A stretch of 40,871 nucleotides of DNA from positions 1-40,871 of the forward strand of contig CANHCW010000003.1 in assembly GCA_947459165.1 (NCBI GenBank). Direction: 5' to 3'. The DNA comes from Flavobacteriales bacterium (lineage in GTDB: Bacteria > Bacteroidota > Bacteroidia > NS11-12g > UBA955). A model generated the notes under the pieces. It saw only the letters and a program-made list of their open reading frames with translations, had not been told where the DNA came from and ran no database searches. The translations under genes and the position numbers were made by a program. Below are positions 28,354-38,135 of the stretch, in pieces. Numbering within the stretch: the stretch's first letter is position 1; each line of letters begins with the position of its first letter.

Positions 28354-29577
28354 TTGATTAAAAAAACAGGCATATTGATTTTCATCATCCAGGGCATTGC
28401 CTCCCTGATGGCACAGGCCCCATTGGGTCCTTCCATGGAAACCAATATCAGCAAAATAGACAGCCTTACCCATTTGCTATACCAAGATGTGCCCTCTCAC
28501 ATCGCACAAGCCGATACTTCCGGTGTATTCAATTTGGAACAATCCATTTTTGAACGGGAAATGAGCACTTTGGGAAGTACCATTGCCTTCCCTTTTAACG
28601 ATCAGGTGCAGCTGCATGTAAAATACCTCATGGCTCAAACCCAGGGTTTTTACAACGAGCTTCACAAGCGTATGCACCTCTACTTCCCCATTTACGAACA
28701 AGTACTCGATAAATTCTCGCTTCCACAGGAACTCAAATATGTAAGCATCATCGAAAGCCACCTCAATCCCAACGCCGTTTCCTGGTGCGGCGCAACCGGC
28801 TTGTGGCAGTTTATGCCCTACACAGGCCGCGGCATGGGTATGCGCATCGATTATTCCATTGATGAAAGAAAAAGTATAGTGCGCAGCACTGAAAAAGCCT
28901 GCGAATATTTCCGCAACAGCTACACACTTTTTGGCGACTGGCTTTTGGCCATCGCATCTTACAATTGTGGTGCAGGCAATGTGCAGCGGGCAATCAACCT
29001 GGCCGGAGGGTCTAAAGATTTCTGGAAAATCCGCTACTATCTTCCCAAAGAAACCCAAAATTATGTTCCCAAGTTCATCGCTGCCGCTTATGTATTAAAC
29101 TTCACCAAATACAGCCACAGTATTGAACACAACGAGAAAAGCTTTGTACTCGTTCCTACTTCCGTCGATAGTTCTTTAAGCCTTTCATACCTTGCCAAAT
29201 TCCTGGGTGTGGGTGAAGATGAAGTTATCTGCTACAACCGAGAATACCTTACCAAATCAACTCCCGCCAATGCTTCTCATACCGTTCTGCTGCCTTACAT
29301 GCTCAGCATGCAGTTTGTTGAAAACAAAGACAGTGCGTACGCTTTTGCGAGAAAAATAAAGGCCGAGGAAGACGCCAAAAAGCCCACGCTGGTTCAAAAA
29401 TGGGTTCCATCTTATCACTATGTAACAAAAGGACAAACCCTTTACACCATTGCTGTAAAATATGGAGTAACCGTTTATCAGCTCAAAGCCTGGAACGGGC
29501 TCAAATCCAATGTAGCGCCACTTGGCCGAAACCTGGTTATCTACAGGTTACAATGGGTTAATACCAAACAAGGTTAA
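28354..29577 (+). CDS. mltD: Lytic transglycosylase (SLT) with C-terminal LysM, MltD-like
   Basis: IIES, GATGLWQFMP, ASYNCGAG, LPKETQNYVPK; LysM HYVTKGQTLYTIA. Confidence 0.9.
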   Translation: MIKKTGILIFIIQGIASLMAQAPLGPSMETNISKIDSLTHLLYQDVPSHIAQADTSGVFNLEQSIFEREMSTLGSTIAFPFNDQVQLHVKYLMAQTQGFYNELHKRMHLYFPIYEQVLDKFSLPQELKYVSIIESHLNPNAVSWCGATGLWQFMPYTGRGMGMRIDYSIDERKSIVRSTEKACEYFRNSYTLFGDWLLAIASYNCGAGNVQRAINLAGGSKDFWKIRYYLPKETQNYVPKFIAAAYVLNFTKYSHSIEHNEKSFVLVPTSVDSSLSLSYLAKFLGVGEDEVICYNREYLTKSTPANASHTVLLPYMLSMQFVENKDSAYAFARKIKAEEDAKKPTLVQKWVPSYHYVTKGQTLYTIAVKYGVTVYQLKAWNGLKSNVAPLGRNLVIYRLQWVNTKQG

Positions 29578-29653
29578 TTTTCTGAATCACAATTTTCCAA
29601 CATTTACAAAAATGTGTCTTTCAAATGCCATTTTAATAGGCATTTTTGCAAAC

Positions 29654-30715
29654 ATGTTCAGTCGCACGGCCTTTTATTCACTTTGCTTTTCTTTGGTTTT
29701 ATTCGCCTGTACCAGGCACACCCCTCCCTCACAAACCGCCGAAGGTTCACCCGGTGAAGTGCTCGTGGTGTGTAACGAAAAATTAACCGATACGGTACAA
29801 TCCATTTTCACAAATCAATATCGCCATTACAACAACATTTTACTCAAAGCCGAACAGGCAGAAAAACGGGAATTCGAACCTTCATTTTACTTTTGGGTTG
29901 AAAGAGCACAGGCATGGGAAGGTTCAGAAAAACTCAATCCGCTGCTGATTGTAGCCGAACTTCAGGGGAAAACCGCAGGTCGATTCAGCAGCGACCTCAA
30001 TACTGCTAAACCTGAACAGAGTGAAAAACTCAAAAATGCCAAAATCACCGTTTACCGCAATGTTTGGGCACTCAAACAAACTGTAATCCGGCTTGAACTG
30101 CAGGAAGCCCAACTTAGTACCGATATCACCGCCAAAATAGAGGCCATTTTAAACTCGGCCGAAAAACAACAAGGGCTGCCGGGCAATCTGGCTCCCAATG
30201 CTTACACAGATAGTGTTTCAAACCTCATTCGGGGCAATTATGGCTTCACATTTCGATTCCCTCCGCAGTTTCGACTCACTTTCAGCAACAAAGAAGTCGT
30301 GTGGCTTTCCCAGGAAACACAAAAGTTCTATCGCCACCTTTTCATTAACATATTCAGCGATTCCCTGCTTCCCAAAACCCGTGAGGAAGCCGCAGCAAAC
30401 CGAAACCTGTTCGCCGAAAAATACCTGAAAAATACCGAAGGCACCAAGGTAAAAGTCAGTGAAAGCAGCCTATTCCCCCTCTCGTTTGAAAGCGCTATGA
30501 CTGTAGGTAAGCAACAAATTGCAGTATTACGGGGCTGGTACAGCGAAGAAGGAACATACCGCCGAGGCCCATTTGTGCGCTATTTCTTTCACGACAAACC
30601 CAACGCCCGCGTAATCGCCATCGACGGATTTTTGTATGCCCCCGATATGAACCGTTTGAGTTTCTACCGCACCTTCGACCTAATTGCCGAAAGTTTTCAG
30701 CTCAGTTCCCAGTGA
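29654..30715 (+). CDS. DUF4837 family lipoprotein
   Basis: Lipobox LFAC, GSPGEVLVV, NVWA..Q, RGW, GPF, DGFLYAP; start placed at ATG 29654. Confidence 0.8.
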   Translation: MFSRTAFYSLCFSLVLFACTRHTPPSQTAEGSPGEVLVVCNEKLTDTVQSIFTNQYRHYNNILLKAEQAEKREFEPSFYFWVERAQAWEGSEKLNPLLIVAELQGKTAGRFSSDLNTAKPEQSEKLKNAKITVYRNVWALKQTVIRLELQEAQLSTDITAKIEAILNSAEKQQGLPGNLAPNAYTDSVSNLIRGNYGFTFRFPPQFRLTFSNKEVVWLSQETQKFYRHLFINIFSDSLLPKTREEAAANRNLFAEKYLKNTEGTKVKVSESSLFPLSFESAMTVGKQQIAVLRGWYSEEGTYRRGPFVRYFFHDKPNARVIAIDGFLYAPDMNRLSFYRTFDLIAESFQLSSQ

Positions 30716-31272
30716 AAAACATTGTCATTTTTGCCTCGGGCAGCGGCACCAATGCCCTCAACCTCATCCGGTATTTTGCAAATCATTCTGCAGCAAGGGT
30801 GGTGGCTGTTTTTTGCAACAACCCGGCGGCCGGCGTTATTCTAAAAGCACAAGCAGAAAATATCCCCGTGGTTTTATTCAGCAACGAAGAACTTACATCG
30901 GGAAACTCGGTGGATGAAGAACTTCAGCGTTATCAACCCGATGTTACTGTATTGGCCGGATTTCTTCGTTTGTTCCCAGCCCGGCTGCTCGCTGTTTGCA
31001 ACAACAATGTCATCAACATTCACCCTGCTTTGTTGCCCAAATACGGGGGCAAAGGCATGTATGGAGACAGGGTTCACCGCGCTGTAATTGAAAATAAAGA
31101 AACCGAGCATGGTGTTACCGTTCACCGCGTAAATGAAGAGTACGACAAAGGAGAAATCCTCCTCCAAAAAAGTATCCCCGTATTACATTCCGACACCCCG
31201 GAATCTCTGGCCAGAAGAATTCATGCGCTGGAATATGAAATACTGCCAATGGCCGTTGAAATGGTTCTGTAA
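30712..31272 (+). CDS. purN: Phosphoribosylglycinamide formyltransferase
   Basis: FASGSGTN, LAGF, INIHPALLPKYGG, GVTVH, YDKG. Confidence 0.96.
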   Translation: MKNIVIFASGSGTNALNLIRYFANHSAARVVAVFCNNPAAGVILKAQAENIPVVLFSNEELTSGNSVDEELQRYQPDVTVLAGFLRLFPARLLAVCNNNVINIHPALLPKYGGKGMYGDRVHRAVIENKETEHGVTVHRVNEEYDKGEILLQKSIPVLHSDTPESLARRIHALEYEILPMAVEMVL

Positions 31273-31273
31273 T

Positions 31274-31894
31274 ATGATCAAAACCTGCTTTTTTTTAGCA
31301 ATTACAATGCTATGTGCCTGTCATTCAGCGCCAGAAAATAAAACAGCTAAAAACAATCCTCCCCACAAAACGCAACCACAGGTTTCTAACAATCAAAAGT
31401 CAAATGCAGTGCTAAATCTTCGGCGGTACATGGATAGTCTGCATTTAAAAGAAGGGCATATCAACCTTGTAGTGGATAAATCGGATAGAAAACTCAGTGT
31501 TTACCACAAACAAACATTGCTAAAAGCTTATCCGGTTGTGCTGGGATTGGAAGGCAATGAAGACAAACTCATGCAGGGCGACAGAAAAACACCCGAAGGA
31601 GTTTTTCACATCAGCAGCAAGTACAACCATGCCAAATGGAGTCGGTTCATGTTGCTCAACTATCCTACTGCCGAATCCTGGAAAAAGCACAGACAGGCAA
31701 AAAAAGAGGGGCTCATTCCACAAAATGCCGACATTGGTAACGCAATTGGTATACACGGTGTTCCGGAAGACGACAATTCACTGATTGACGAGGGAATTCA
31801 GTGGACACTGGGTTGCGTGTCACTCAAAAACAGGGATGTAAACGAGTTGTACGCCTGCATTAACGAGAATACGGCCATTCTCATCAGGAAGTAA
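31274..31894 (+). CDS. L,D-transpeptidase (YkuD family) lipoprotein
   Basis: Lipobox LCAC, VDKSDRKL, GDRKTPEG, IGIHG...TLGCV; start placed at ATG 31274. Confidence 0.9.
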   Translation: MIKTCFFLAITMLCACHSAPENKTAKNNPPHKTQPQVSNNQKSNAVLNLRRYMDSLHLKEGHINLVVDKSDRKLSVYHKQTLLKAYPVVLGLEGNEDKLMQGDRKTPEGVFHISSKYNHAKWSRFMLLNYPTAESWKKHRQAKKEGLIPQNADIGNAIGIHGVPEDDNSLIDEGIQWTLGCVSLKNRDVNELYACINENTAILIRK

Positions 31895-31949
31895 CCGAGG
31901 GTGCAAAACCCGTGGATACCTATTGCCGCGCATGCCCTTTATTCGCTGT

Positions 31950-33095
31950 ATGAAAATTGAAACCAAGGTACTGCATGCCGGCATAGAACCCGATCCTACA
32001 ACCGGAGCCATCATGACTCCCATTTTTCAAACCAGCACCTATGTGCAGGCAGCGCCCGGTGATCACAAGGGCTATGAATACGCCCGAACACAGAATCCCA
32101 CCCGCGATGTGCTGCAAAAAAATCTGGCTTCACTCGAAAACATGAATTTCGGACTGTGTTTCAGCACCGGCATGGGCGCCGTTGATGCCTGTGTAAAACT
32201 GCTGCAACCCGGCGATGAAGTGGTAAGCACCAACGACTTGTATGGTGGAACTTACCGTTTGTTTACCAAAATTTTTGAACCCTATGGCATCCGTTTTCAT
32301 TTTGTCGACATGACCCGCCCCGAGCAGGTGGAAGCCGCCGTCAATTCCAAAACCAAAATGATCTGGGCCGAAACCCCCACCAATCCCCTGCTGCGCATTA
32401 TTGATATTGAACGCATGTCGCAGATTGCCAAAAAAGCCGGCGCACTGCTGGTTGTTGACAATACTTTCGCCAGCCCCTACCTGCAAAACCCAGCCGATTT
32501 GGGCGCAGACATCGTGATGCACAGCGCTACAAAATATATCAACGGACACAGCGATGTGGTGCTGGGCGCACTGTGTGTAAATGATGAATCCCTGCGCGAC
32601 CGACTGGCTTTCATTCAAAACAGCTGCGGTGCCACGCCCGGTCCTCAGGATTGTTTTCTGGTTTTGCGCGGAATTAAAACCCTGCACATTCGCATGCAAA
32701 GACATTGCGAAAATGGAAAAACCATTGCGCACTGGTTGAAAAACCATCCCAAAGTGGGCGAAGTGCACTGGCCCGGGTTCGAAGATCATCCCGGCTACGC
32801 CATCGCCGCCAAACAAATGCGTGGCTTTGGAGGCATGATTTCTTTCACACTCAAAAACGATTCCATGGATGCCGCCAATGCCTTTCTCAAAAATACACAC
32901 CTGTTCTCCCTGGCCGAAAGCCTGGGTGGAGTGGAAAGTCTCGTCGGACACCCGGCCAGCATGACCCATGCCAGCATTCCCAAAGCGCAAAGAGAAGCCT
33001 CAGGATTGAAAGACTCCCTCATTCGCCTCAGTGTGGGCATTGAACATATCGACGATTTAATTGCCGATTTGGAAAATGCCTTGTCTGCTGTTTAA
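31950..33095 (+). CDS. Cystathionine gamma-synthase/gamma-lyase (Cys/Met PLP enzyme)
   Basis: YARTQNPT, ETPTNP, VDNTF, HSATKY, SLGGVESL, RLSVG. Confidence 0.93.
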   Translation: MKIETKVLHAGIEPDPTTGAIMTPIFQTSTYVQAAPGDHKGYEYARTQNPTRDVLQKNLASLENMNFGLCFSTGMGAVDACVKLLQPGDEVVSTNDLYGGTYRLFTKIFEPYGIRFHFVDMTRPEQVEAAVNSKTKMIWAETPTNPLLRIIDIERMSQIAKKAGALLVVDNTFASPYLQNPADLGADIVMHSATKYINGHSDVVLGALCVNDESLRDRLAFIQNSCGATPGPQDCFLVLRGIKTLHIRMQRHCENGKTIAHWLKNHPKVGEVHWPGFEDHPGYAIAAKQMRGFGGMISFTLKNDSMDAANAFLKNTHLFSLAESLGGVESLVGHPASMTHASIPKAQREASGLKDSLIRLSVGIEHIDDLIADLENALSAV

Positions 33096-33158
33096 TGTTG
33101 TTATACTTTTTCCTACAACACACCAAACAAAACCATTTCTCAAAACCCGGATAAATAT

Positions 33159-33250
33159 AAATTTAGTCAGTCTATTGACTATTTTTATACAAATTTGGTC
33201 AGTCTATTGACTATTTTTACATAAATTTGGTCAGTCTATTGACCATTTTA
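33159..33250. repeat. Three tandem 32-bp units each with a palindrome RGTCA-GTCTAT-TGACY (putative operators)
   Basis: Units start at 33159, 33191, 33223 (AAATTTRGTCAGTCTATTGACYATTTT); -7 element TACCTTCG follows at 33263-33270. Confidence 0.92.
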
Positions 33251-33274
33251 ATGTTTTTTTCATACCTTCGTGGT

Positions 33275-34405
33275 GTGTTTCATCGCAAAATGCTCGACAT
33301 ACTGGAAGACAATCTGAACAGGCAAAAGGTAACCCTATTGCTCGGGGCTCGCCGTGTAGGCAAAACCGAACTGCTTCAGACCTTATTCAGAAAAAAGAAA
33401 AAAACGGGCTTGTGGCTCAACGGAGAAGACCAGGATACACTGACCTTGCTGGACAACCGCAGTCTGGCCAATTACAAAAAATTGCTTGAAGGGTACAACC
33501 TGCTCATTATTGATGAAGCGCAATTCATACCTGACATTGCCCTCAAGGCCAAGCTGATGATTGACAACATTCAGCCTCTGCATATCATTCTAACCGGCTC
33601 CTCGGCCTTCGATATCGAAAAAATGGGAAATCCGCTGGTAGGTCGAAGCATCACTCACCACATGTTTCCACTGGCACAAATGGAATGGAAACAGAAGGAA
33701 AATGCCATTGAAACCCGTCAGCACTTGGAAGATAGGCTCATTCTGGGCAGTTACCCTGAAATCAGTCAGTTAACAACCACCACTCAAAAAGTTGAATACC
33801 TGCGGGAATTGGTACACACCTATCTGCTGAAGGATATTCTCATGTTTGAGCAAATTAACAATTCACAAAAACTGCGCGACCTACTGGTGCTGCTGGCATA
33901 TCAGGTGGGCAGCGAAGTATCCATGCACGAACTGGGGCGGCAGCTGGGGCTGAGTAAAAACACGGTTGAACGCTATCTTGATTTGCTGAGTAAGGTTTTT
34001 GTTATTTACAGCCGCACCGGTTACAGCGGCAATCTTCGCAAGGAAGTGGCAAAAGGCCGTAAATGGTATTTTGTTGATAACGGCATCCGTAACGCAATCA
34101 TCAACAATTTCAAACCACTGGCATTGAGAACTGATACGGGGGCGCTTTGGGAGCAATACATGCTTTCGGAAAGAATTAAATACCTCAGTTATACAAACCG
34201 ATATCTGGTAGATAGTTTTTTCTGGCGAACCTACGATCAGCAGGAAATTGACCTCATTGAAATGGAAAATACCCGGCTTTCGGCCTTCGAATTCAAATGG
34301 AAAGAAGACAAGGCAAAAACTCCCGTTGCTTTTGCCAAAGCCTACCCCGATGCACCATTCCAACTAATCAATCAATTCAACTACCTCGAATGGATTGGGG
34401 CTTAA
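33275..34405 (+). CDS. AAA_14 ATPase with HTH and DUF4143 (PD-(D/E)xK-like) C-terminus
   Basis: Walker A GARRVGKT, Walker B IIDEAQ, TGSS, LVGR, GSYPE, HTH ELGRQLGLSKNTVERYL, DNG, EIDLIE...FEFKW; GTG 33275 or ATG 33290 start. Confidence 0.92.
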   Translation: MFHRKMLDILEDNLNRQKVTLLLGARRVGKTELLQTLFRKKKKTGLWLNGEDQDTLTLLDNRSLANYKKLLEGYNLLIIDEAQFIPDIALKAKLMIDNIQPLHIILTGSSAFDIEKMGNPLVGRSITHHMFPLAQMEWKQKENAIETRQHLEDRLILGSYPEISQLTTTTQKVEYLRELVHTYLLKDILMFEQINNSQKLRDLLVLLAYQVGSEVSMHELGRQLGLSKNTVERYLDLLSKVFVIYSRTGYSGNLRKEVAKGRKWYFVDNGIRNAIINNFKPLALRTDTGALWEQYMLSERIKYLSYTNRYLVDSFFWRTYDQQEIDLIEMENTRLSAFEFKWKEDKAKTPVAFAKAYPDAPFQLINQFNYLEWIGA

Positions 34406-34468
34406 ATTCAACACAATTATCCATGTAATTTCTAAATCTAACTTGGAAATTACATGGATAAATTCAAC
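34403..34468. repeat. 16-bp perfect inverted repeat flanked by 10-bp direct repeats
   Basis: TTATCCATGTAATTTC (34417-32) / GAAATTACATGGATAA (34446-61); TAAATTCAAC at 34403-12 and 34459-68. Confidence 0.85.
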
Positions 34469-34490
34469 TTAAAACACAGAATCTGAACGC

Positions 34491-35276
34491 ATGAACCACA
34501 CCGAACTGCACAGCCTGCTGGAAGAAAAGGTTCAGCAATTCAACAACACGGCATTCATAGAACCCGACCCCATTTCAGTTCCACACCGTTTCACCCAAAA
34601 ACAGGATATTGAAATTGCCGGACTCTTTGCGGCTTTGCTGGCCTGGGGAAACCGCACCACCATCATCAACAGCTGCAACAGGCTCATGAAACTGATGGAT
34701 GAAGCGCCTTACGATTTCATTAAAAACCACAGCGAAAATGAGAGACAACGCTTTGAAAAATGGGTGCACAGAACCTTTCAATTCCCAGACTTGCTCTACT
34801 TTCTTGAGTTTTTGCAATTTCATTACACCCGCCACCCTTCTTTGGAGACAGCCTTTTCCGCCGGACTGAGACCCTCAGACCGCAGCATTGAAAAAGCCCT
34901 CATTCATTTTCACAGCTACTTTTTTTCTCTGCCACATTTGCAAAGAACCGAGAAGCACCTGCAAAGCCCGGCCAGAAAAAGCGCCTGCAAACGACTCAAT
35001 TTGTACCTGCGCTGGATGGTTCGCCGCGATGAGCAGGGTGTTGACTTTGGACTCTGGCAAAACATACACCCACGGCAGTTAATTTGTCCGCTGGATGTGC
35101 ATGTACACAGAACAGCAGTGAAACTAAAACTCATTTCAAGGCCCCAGCCCGACTGGCTGTGCGCCACCCTGCTCACTAAAAAACTTCGTTCTTTTGATTC
35201 CGAAGACCCTGTGAAATACGATTATGCTTTATTCGGTTTGGGCTTGGAACAAAGTGGAAAAACGGTGAGCAAATGA
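34491..35276 (+). CDS. TIGR02757 / DUF2400 family protein
   Basis: DPISVPH, LAWGNR, SACKRLNLYLRWMVR, PLDVHV, DPVKYDYALFG. Confidence 0.9.
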   Translation: MNHTELHSLLEEKVQQFNNTAFIEPDPISVPHRFTQKQDIEIAGLFAALLAWGNRTTIINSCNRLMKLMDEAPYDFIKNHSENERQRFEKWVHRTFQFPDLLYFLEFLQFHYTRHPSLETAFSAGLRPSDRSIEKALIHFHSYFFSLPHLQRTEKHLQSPARKSACKRLNLYLRWMVRRDEQGVDFGLWQNIHPRQLICPLDVHVHRTAVKLKLISRPQPDWLCATLLTKKLRSFDSEDPVKYDYALFGLGLEQSGKTVSK

Positions 35277-35352
35277 CGAATTGGCATACATTTACAAATT
35301 CTTAACTTTGGAACATCGTTTGAATAACTGAAATACATAAAATTAAGATAAC

Positions 35353-35670
35353 ATGGCAATCGAATTTACAAGCAGCAACTGGAACGAAACGGTTCTGCAA
35401 TCGGACAAACCAGTATTGGTTGATTTTTGGGCAGAATGGTGCGGACCTTGCAGAATGATAGGCCCCATCGTTGAAGAAATTCACAAAGAGTATGACGGCA
35501 AGGCCATTGTTGGCAAGCTGAATGTTGACCATAACCCCGATATTTCTGCTCAGTACGGAATTCGCGGCATTCCCACCATTCTTGTTTTCAAGGGTGGACA
35601 ATTGGTAGACAAGGTTGTTGGCGCAGTTGCCAAAAACACCTTAACCCAAAAGCTTGATTCACAGCTTTAA
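35353..35670 (+). CDS. trxA: Thioredoxin
   Basis: VDFWAEWCGPC, GIPT. Confidence 0.97.
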   Translation: MAIEFTSSNWNETVLQSDKPVLVDFWAEWCGPCRMIGPIVEEIHKEYDGKAIVGKLNVDHNPDISAQYGIRGIPTILVFKGGQLVDKVVGAVAKNTLTQKLDSQL

Positions 35671-35729
35671 TATCAATTTTATTCCAAAACAAACCATAAT
35701 TGCCGGCCACATCAGTCGGCAATTTTAAT

Positions 35730-36638
35730 ATGCTGATAGAGGAAATCCAGTCGTACAACAATCTGGAACTGCTGGCAAAACAGGTGGTTGAAGGGTTTAT
35801 TACGGGCTTACACAAGAGTCCGTTTCATGGATTTTCTGTTGAATTCGCCGAGCACCGGCCTTACAATCCTGGCGAAAGCACCCGAAATATTGACTGGAAA
35901 CTGTTTGCACGCACCGACAAGGTTTTCGTAAATCGCTACGAAGAGGAAACCAACCTTCGTTGCCGCATTTTACTCGATCTGTCGTCTAGCATGTACTTTC
36001 CTGAAAAAACACTGGCCAAACTCAAGTTTTCTGTCCTTGCAGCTGCCTCGATCTGTTCCCTCCTGCAAAAGCAGCGAGATGCGTTTGGAATCAACACCTT
36101 TGACTCAGATTTACAAACCCAGACACCAATCAGAAGCAGTTTGGCACATTTTGGTGAAGTGATGCGCATTCTTCAGGCATTGTGGGATACCAAAACAAAT
36201 TCCGAAAGCAAAAAACAAACGAATATAGCCCGTGCTCTCGAACATACGGCACTGAGCAGTCATCGCAGAAGTCTTGTGGTTATTTTAAGCGATATGTTTG
36301 AAAACGGTGACGATGAGGAATCCATCTGGCGGAGTTTGCAGCACCTGCGTTTTCTTAAAAACGAAGTTGTTCTTTTTCACATTACCCACAAGCCGGCCGA
36401 ATCAGAGCTCGACTTTGATGACAGACCACTCAAATTCATTGATGTTGAAAGCGGTGAGCAACTGATAGTCAACCCATCTGAGGTAAGAGAGCAATTTCTC
36501 AGGGAATCAACCGAATTGGACAACAGGGTGAAACAGCGCTGTCTTCAGTATGGTATTGATTTTTACCCCATTGATGTGAGCAAAGACCTGCATCAGGTGT
36601 TGACTCCTTTCTATATCAAGCGAATGAAAATGGGTTGA
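35730..36638 (+). CDS. DUF58 domain protein (vWA-like)
   Basis: GLHKSPFHGFSVEFAEHRPY, IDWK, YEEETN, MIDAS-like DLSSSM. Confidence 0.92.
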   Translation: MLIEEIQSYNNLELLAKQVVEGFITGLHKSPFHGFSVEFAEHRPYNPGESTRNIDWKLFARTDKVFVNRYEEETNLRCRILLDLSSSMYFPEKTLAKLKFSVLAAASICSLLQKQRDAFGINTFDSDLQTQTPIRSSLAHFGEVMRILQALWDTKTNSESKKQTNIARALEHTALSSHRRSLVVILSDMFENGDDEESIWRSLQHLRFLKNEVVLFHITHKPAESELDFDDRPLKFIDVESGEQLIVNPSEVREQFLRESTELDNRVKQRCLQYGIDFYPIDVSKDLHQVLTPFYIKRMKMG

Positions 36639-36640
36639 AC

Positions 36641-37978
36641 TCAGTTTCTATCGAATGCGAGGCGCATAGGATTCAAAGGACCGGCAAAGCCATTGTCCCA
36701 GCTTAGAGTTCCATTCACCCAAACTTTATCAATACTGTTTGAAAATGTTGTTCCTTCCAATGGACTCCAGCCGCACTTGAAATAGATATTGCTTTTATCA
36801 ACTGTATAAGGCGTATTGGGTTTTACAAGCACCAAATCGGCGTAATAACCCTCATCAATGTAACCCCGCTTGTGAACCTGGAAACAGTCTGCCGGAGCAT
36901 GACACATTTTACGCACCATTTCCTGAATGGAAATCCTGCCCTCTTTCACATATTCAAGCATCATTTGCAAACTGTGCTGCACCAAAGGCAAGCCGGCAGG
37001 ACTTTTGGGATACAGGTTCATCTTTTCGTCCCAAGTATGCGGAGCATGATCAGTGGCAATAATATCAATGCGGTCATCGAGCAGTGCTTTCCACAACTCT
37101 TCTCTGTTCGATGCTTCTTTAATAGACGGATTACATTTAATCAGATTTCCCAGTCTCGGATAATCGGCTGATGTAAAATGCAGGTGGTGCACGCACACTT
37201 CACTTGTAATTCTTTTCTCTTTCAAAGGAATATCATTGCGGAACAAGTGTGTTTCTATTGCGCTTGTGATATGCAGAATATGCAGACGGCTGTTGTATTT
37301 CAAAGCCAAATCCCGAGCAAACGATGAACTGAGATAACAAGCCTGATCATCGCGAATGATGGCATGCTGTTCCGGCGTAATGGAATCACCATATCGGGCA
37401 ATCCACTCGGCACTTCTCGATTTAACGCGGCTCTCACATTCGCAGTGGGTGGCAATCAGCAAGGGAATTTCGCCAAAAATGGTTTCAAGCATTTTTTCAT
37501 CGTCAACCAACATATCACCGGTACTGCTACCCATAAAAATCTTTACTCCACAAGTGTTTCGGGGGTCAACACGGCGTAGTTCATCCAGATTGTGATTGGT
37601 GGTACCCATAAAAAAGGAATAATTCACCGCACTTCTTTGCGCCGCTATATCCATTTTCTCTTCCAGCAATTCCACCGTAATGGTTTGAGGGTTTACATTG
37701 GGCATTTCCATATAGGAAGTGACACCTCCGGCCAAAGCAGCCCTACTTTCAGTGGCAATTTCCGCCTTGTGTGTCAATCCCGGTTCGCGAAAATGAACCT
37801 GATCATCAATAACTCCGGGCAAAAGCCATTGCCCCTCCGCTTCAATGCTTTTAGCCGCCGAATTCGATATCCCTGACCGTTCAACCCTGCTGATAAAATT
37901 ACCTTCAATTTCTACATCTGCCTGATATACTTCACCTTTGTTAACTACCGTTGCGTTTCTGATGATAAAATGATTCAT
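36641..37978 (-). CDS. pyrC: Dihydroorotase
   Basis: PGVIDDQVHFREPG, MEMPN, KIFMGSSTG, ATDHAPH. Confidence 0.93.
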   Translation of the reverse strand: MNHFIIRNATVVNKGEVYQADVEIEGNFISRVERSGISNSAAKSIEAEGQWLLPGVIDDQVHFREPGLTHKAEIATESRAALAGGVTSYMEMPNVNPQTITVELLEEKMDIAAQRSAVNYSFFMGTTNHNLDELRRVDPRNTCGVKIFMGSSTGDMLVDDEKMLETIFGEIPLLIATHCECESRVKSRSAEWIARYGDSITPEQHAIIRDDQACYLSSSFARDLALKYNSRLHILHITSAIETHLFRNDIPLKEKRITSEVCVHHLHFTSADYPRLGNLIKCNPSIKEASNREELWKALLDDRIDIIATDHAPHTWDEKMNLYPKSPAGLPLVQHSLQMMLEYVKEGRISIQEMVRKMCHAPADCFQVHKRGYIDEGYYADLVLVKPNTPYTVDKSNIYFKCGWSPLEGTTFSNSIDKVWVNGTLSWDNGFAGPLNPMRLAFDRN

Positions 37979-38135
37979 TTTCTGTTTTTACAAAATTACC
38001 ATTACAATTGAACATTCAACAATCTCACCATTTTCAGGGATATTTTCAATATTGATGTCAATTTAAATTGCCAATCCGAAATGACAAATCCTTCAGTCAT
38101 CCTATTGTTTTGGTAAATTATTGAATTAAAGCTAT

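Noticed and set aside
31895-31949. SAM riboswitch upstream of the cystathionine lyase
   Set aside because: Only 55 bp; GGTGC is present but the AUC-AAGA and GCAACC core elements are not.
32130-32990. 286-aa antisense ORF
   Set aside because: Lies wholly opposite the conserved cystathionine lyase; no motif; typical shadow ORF. Same reasoning for other nested ORFs such as 28477-29058, 13841-14377, 20663-21217 and 33881-34363.
33159-33250. CRISPR array
   Set aside because: Units are head-to-tail with no unique spacers, and no cas genes are in the window.
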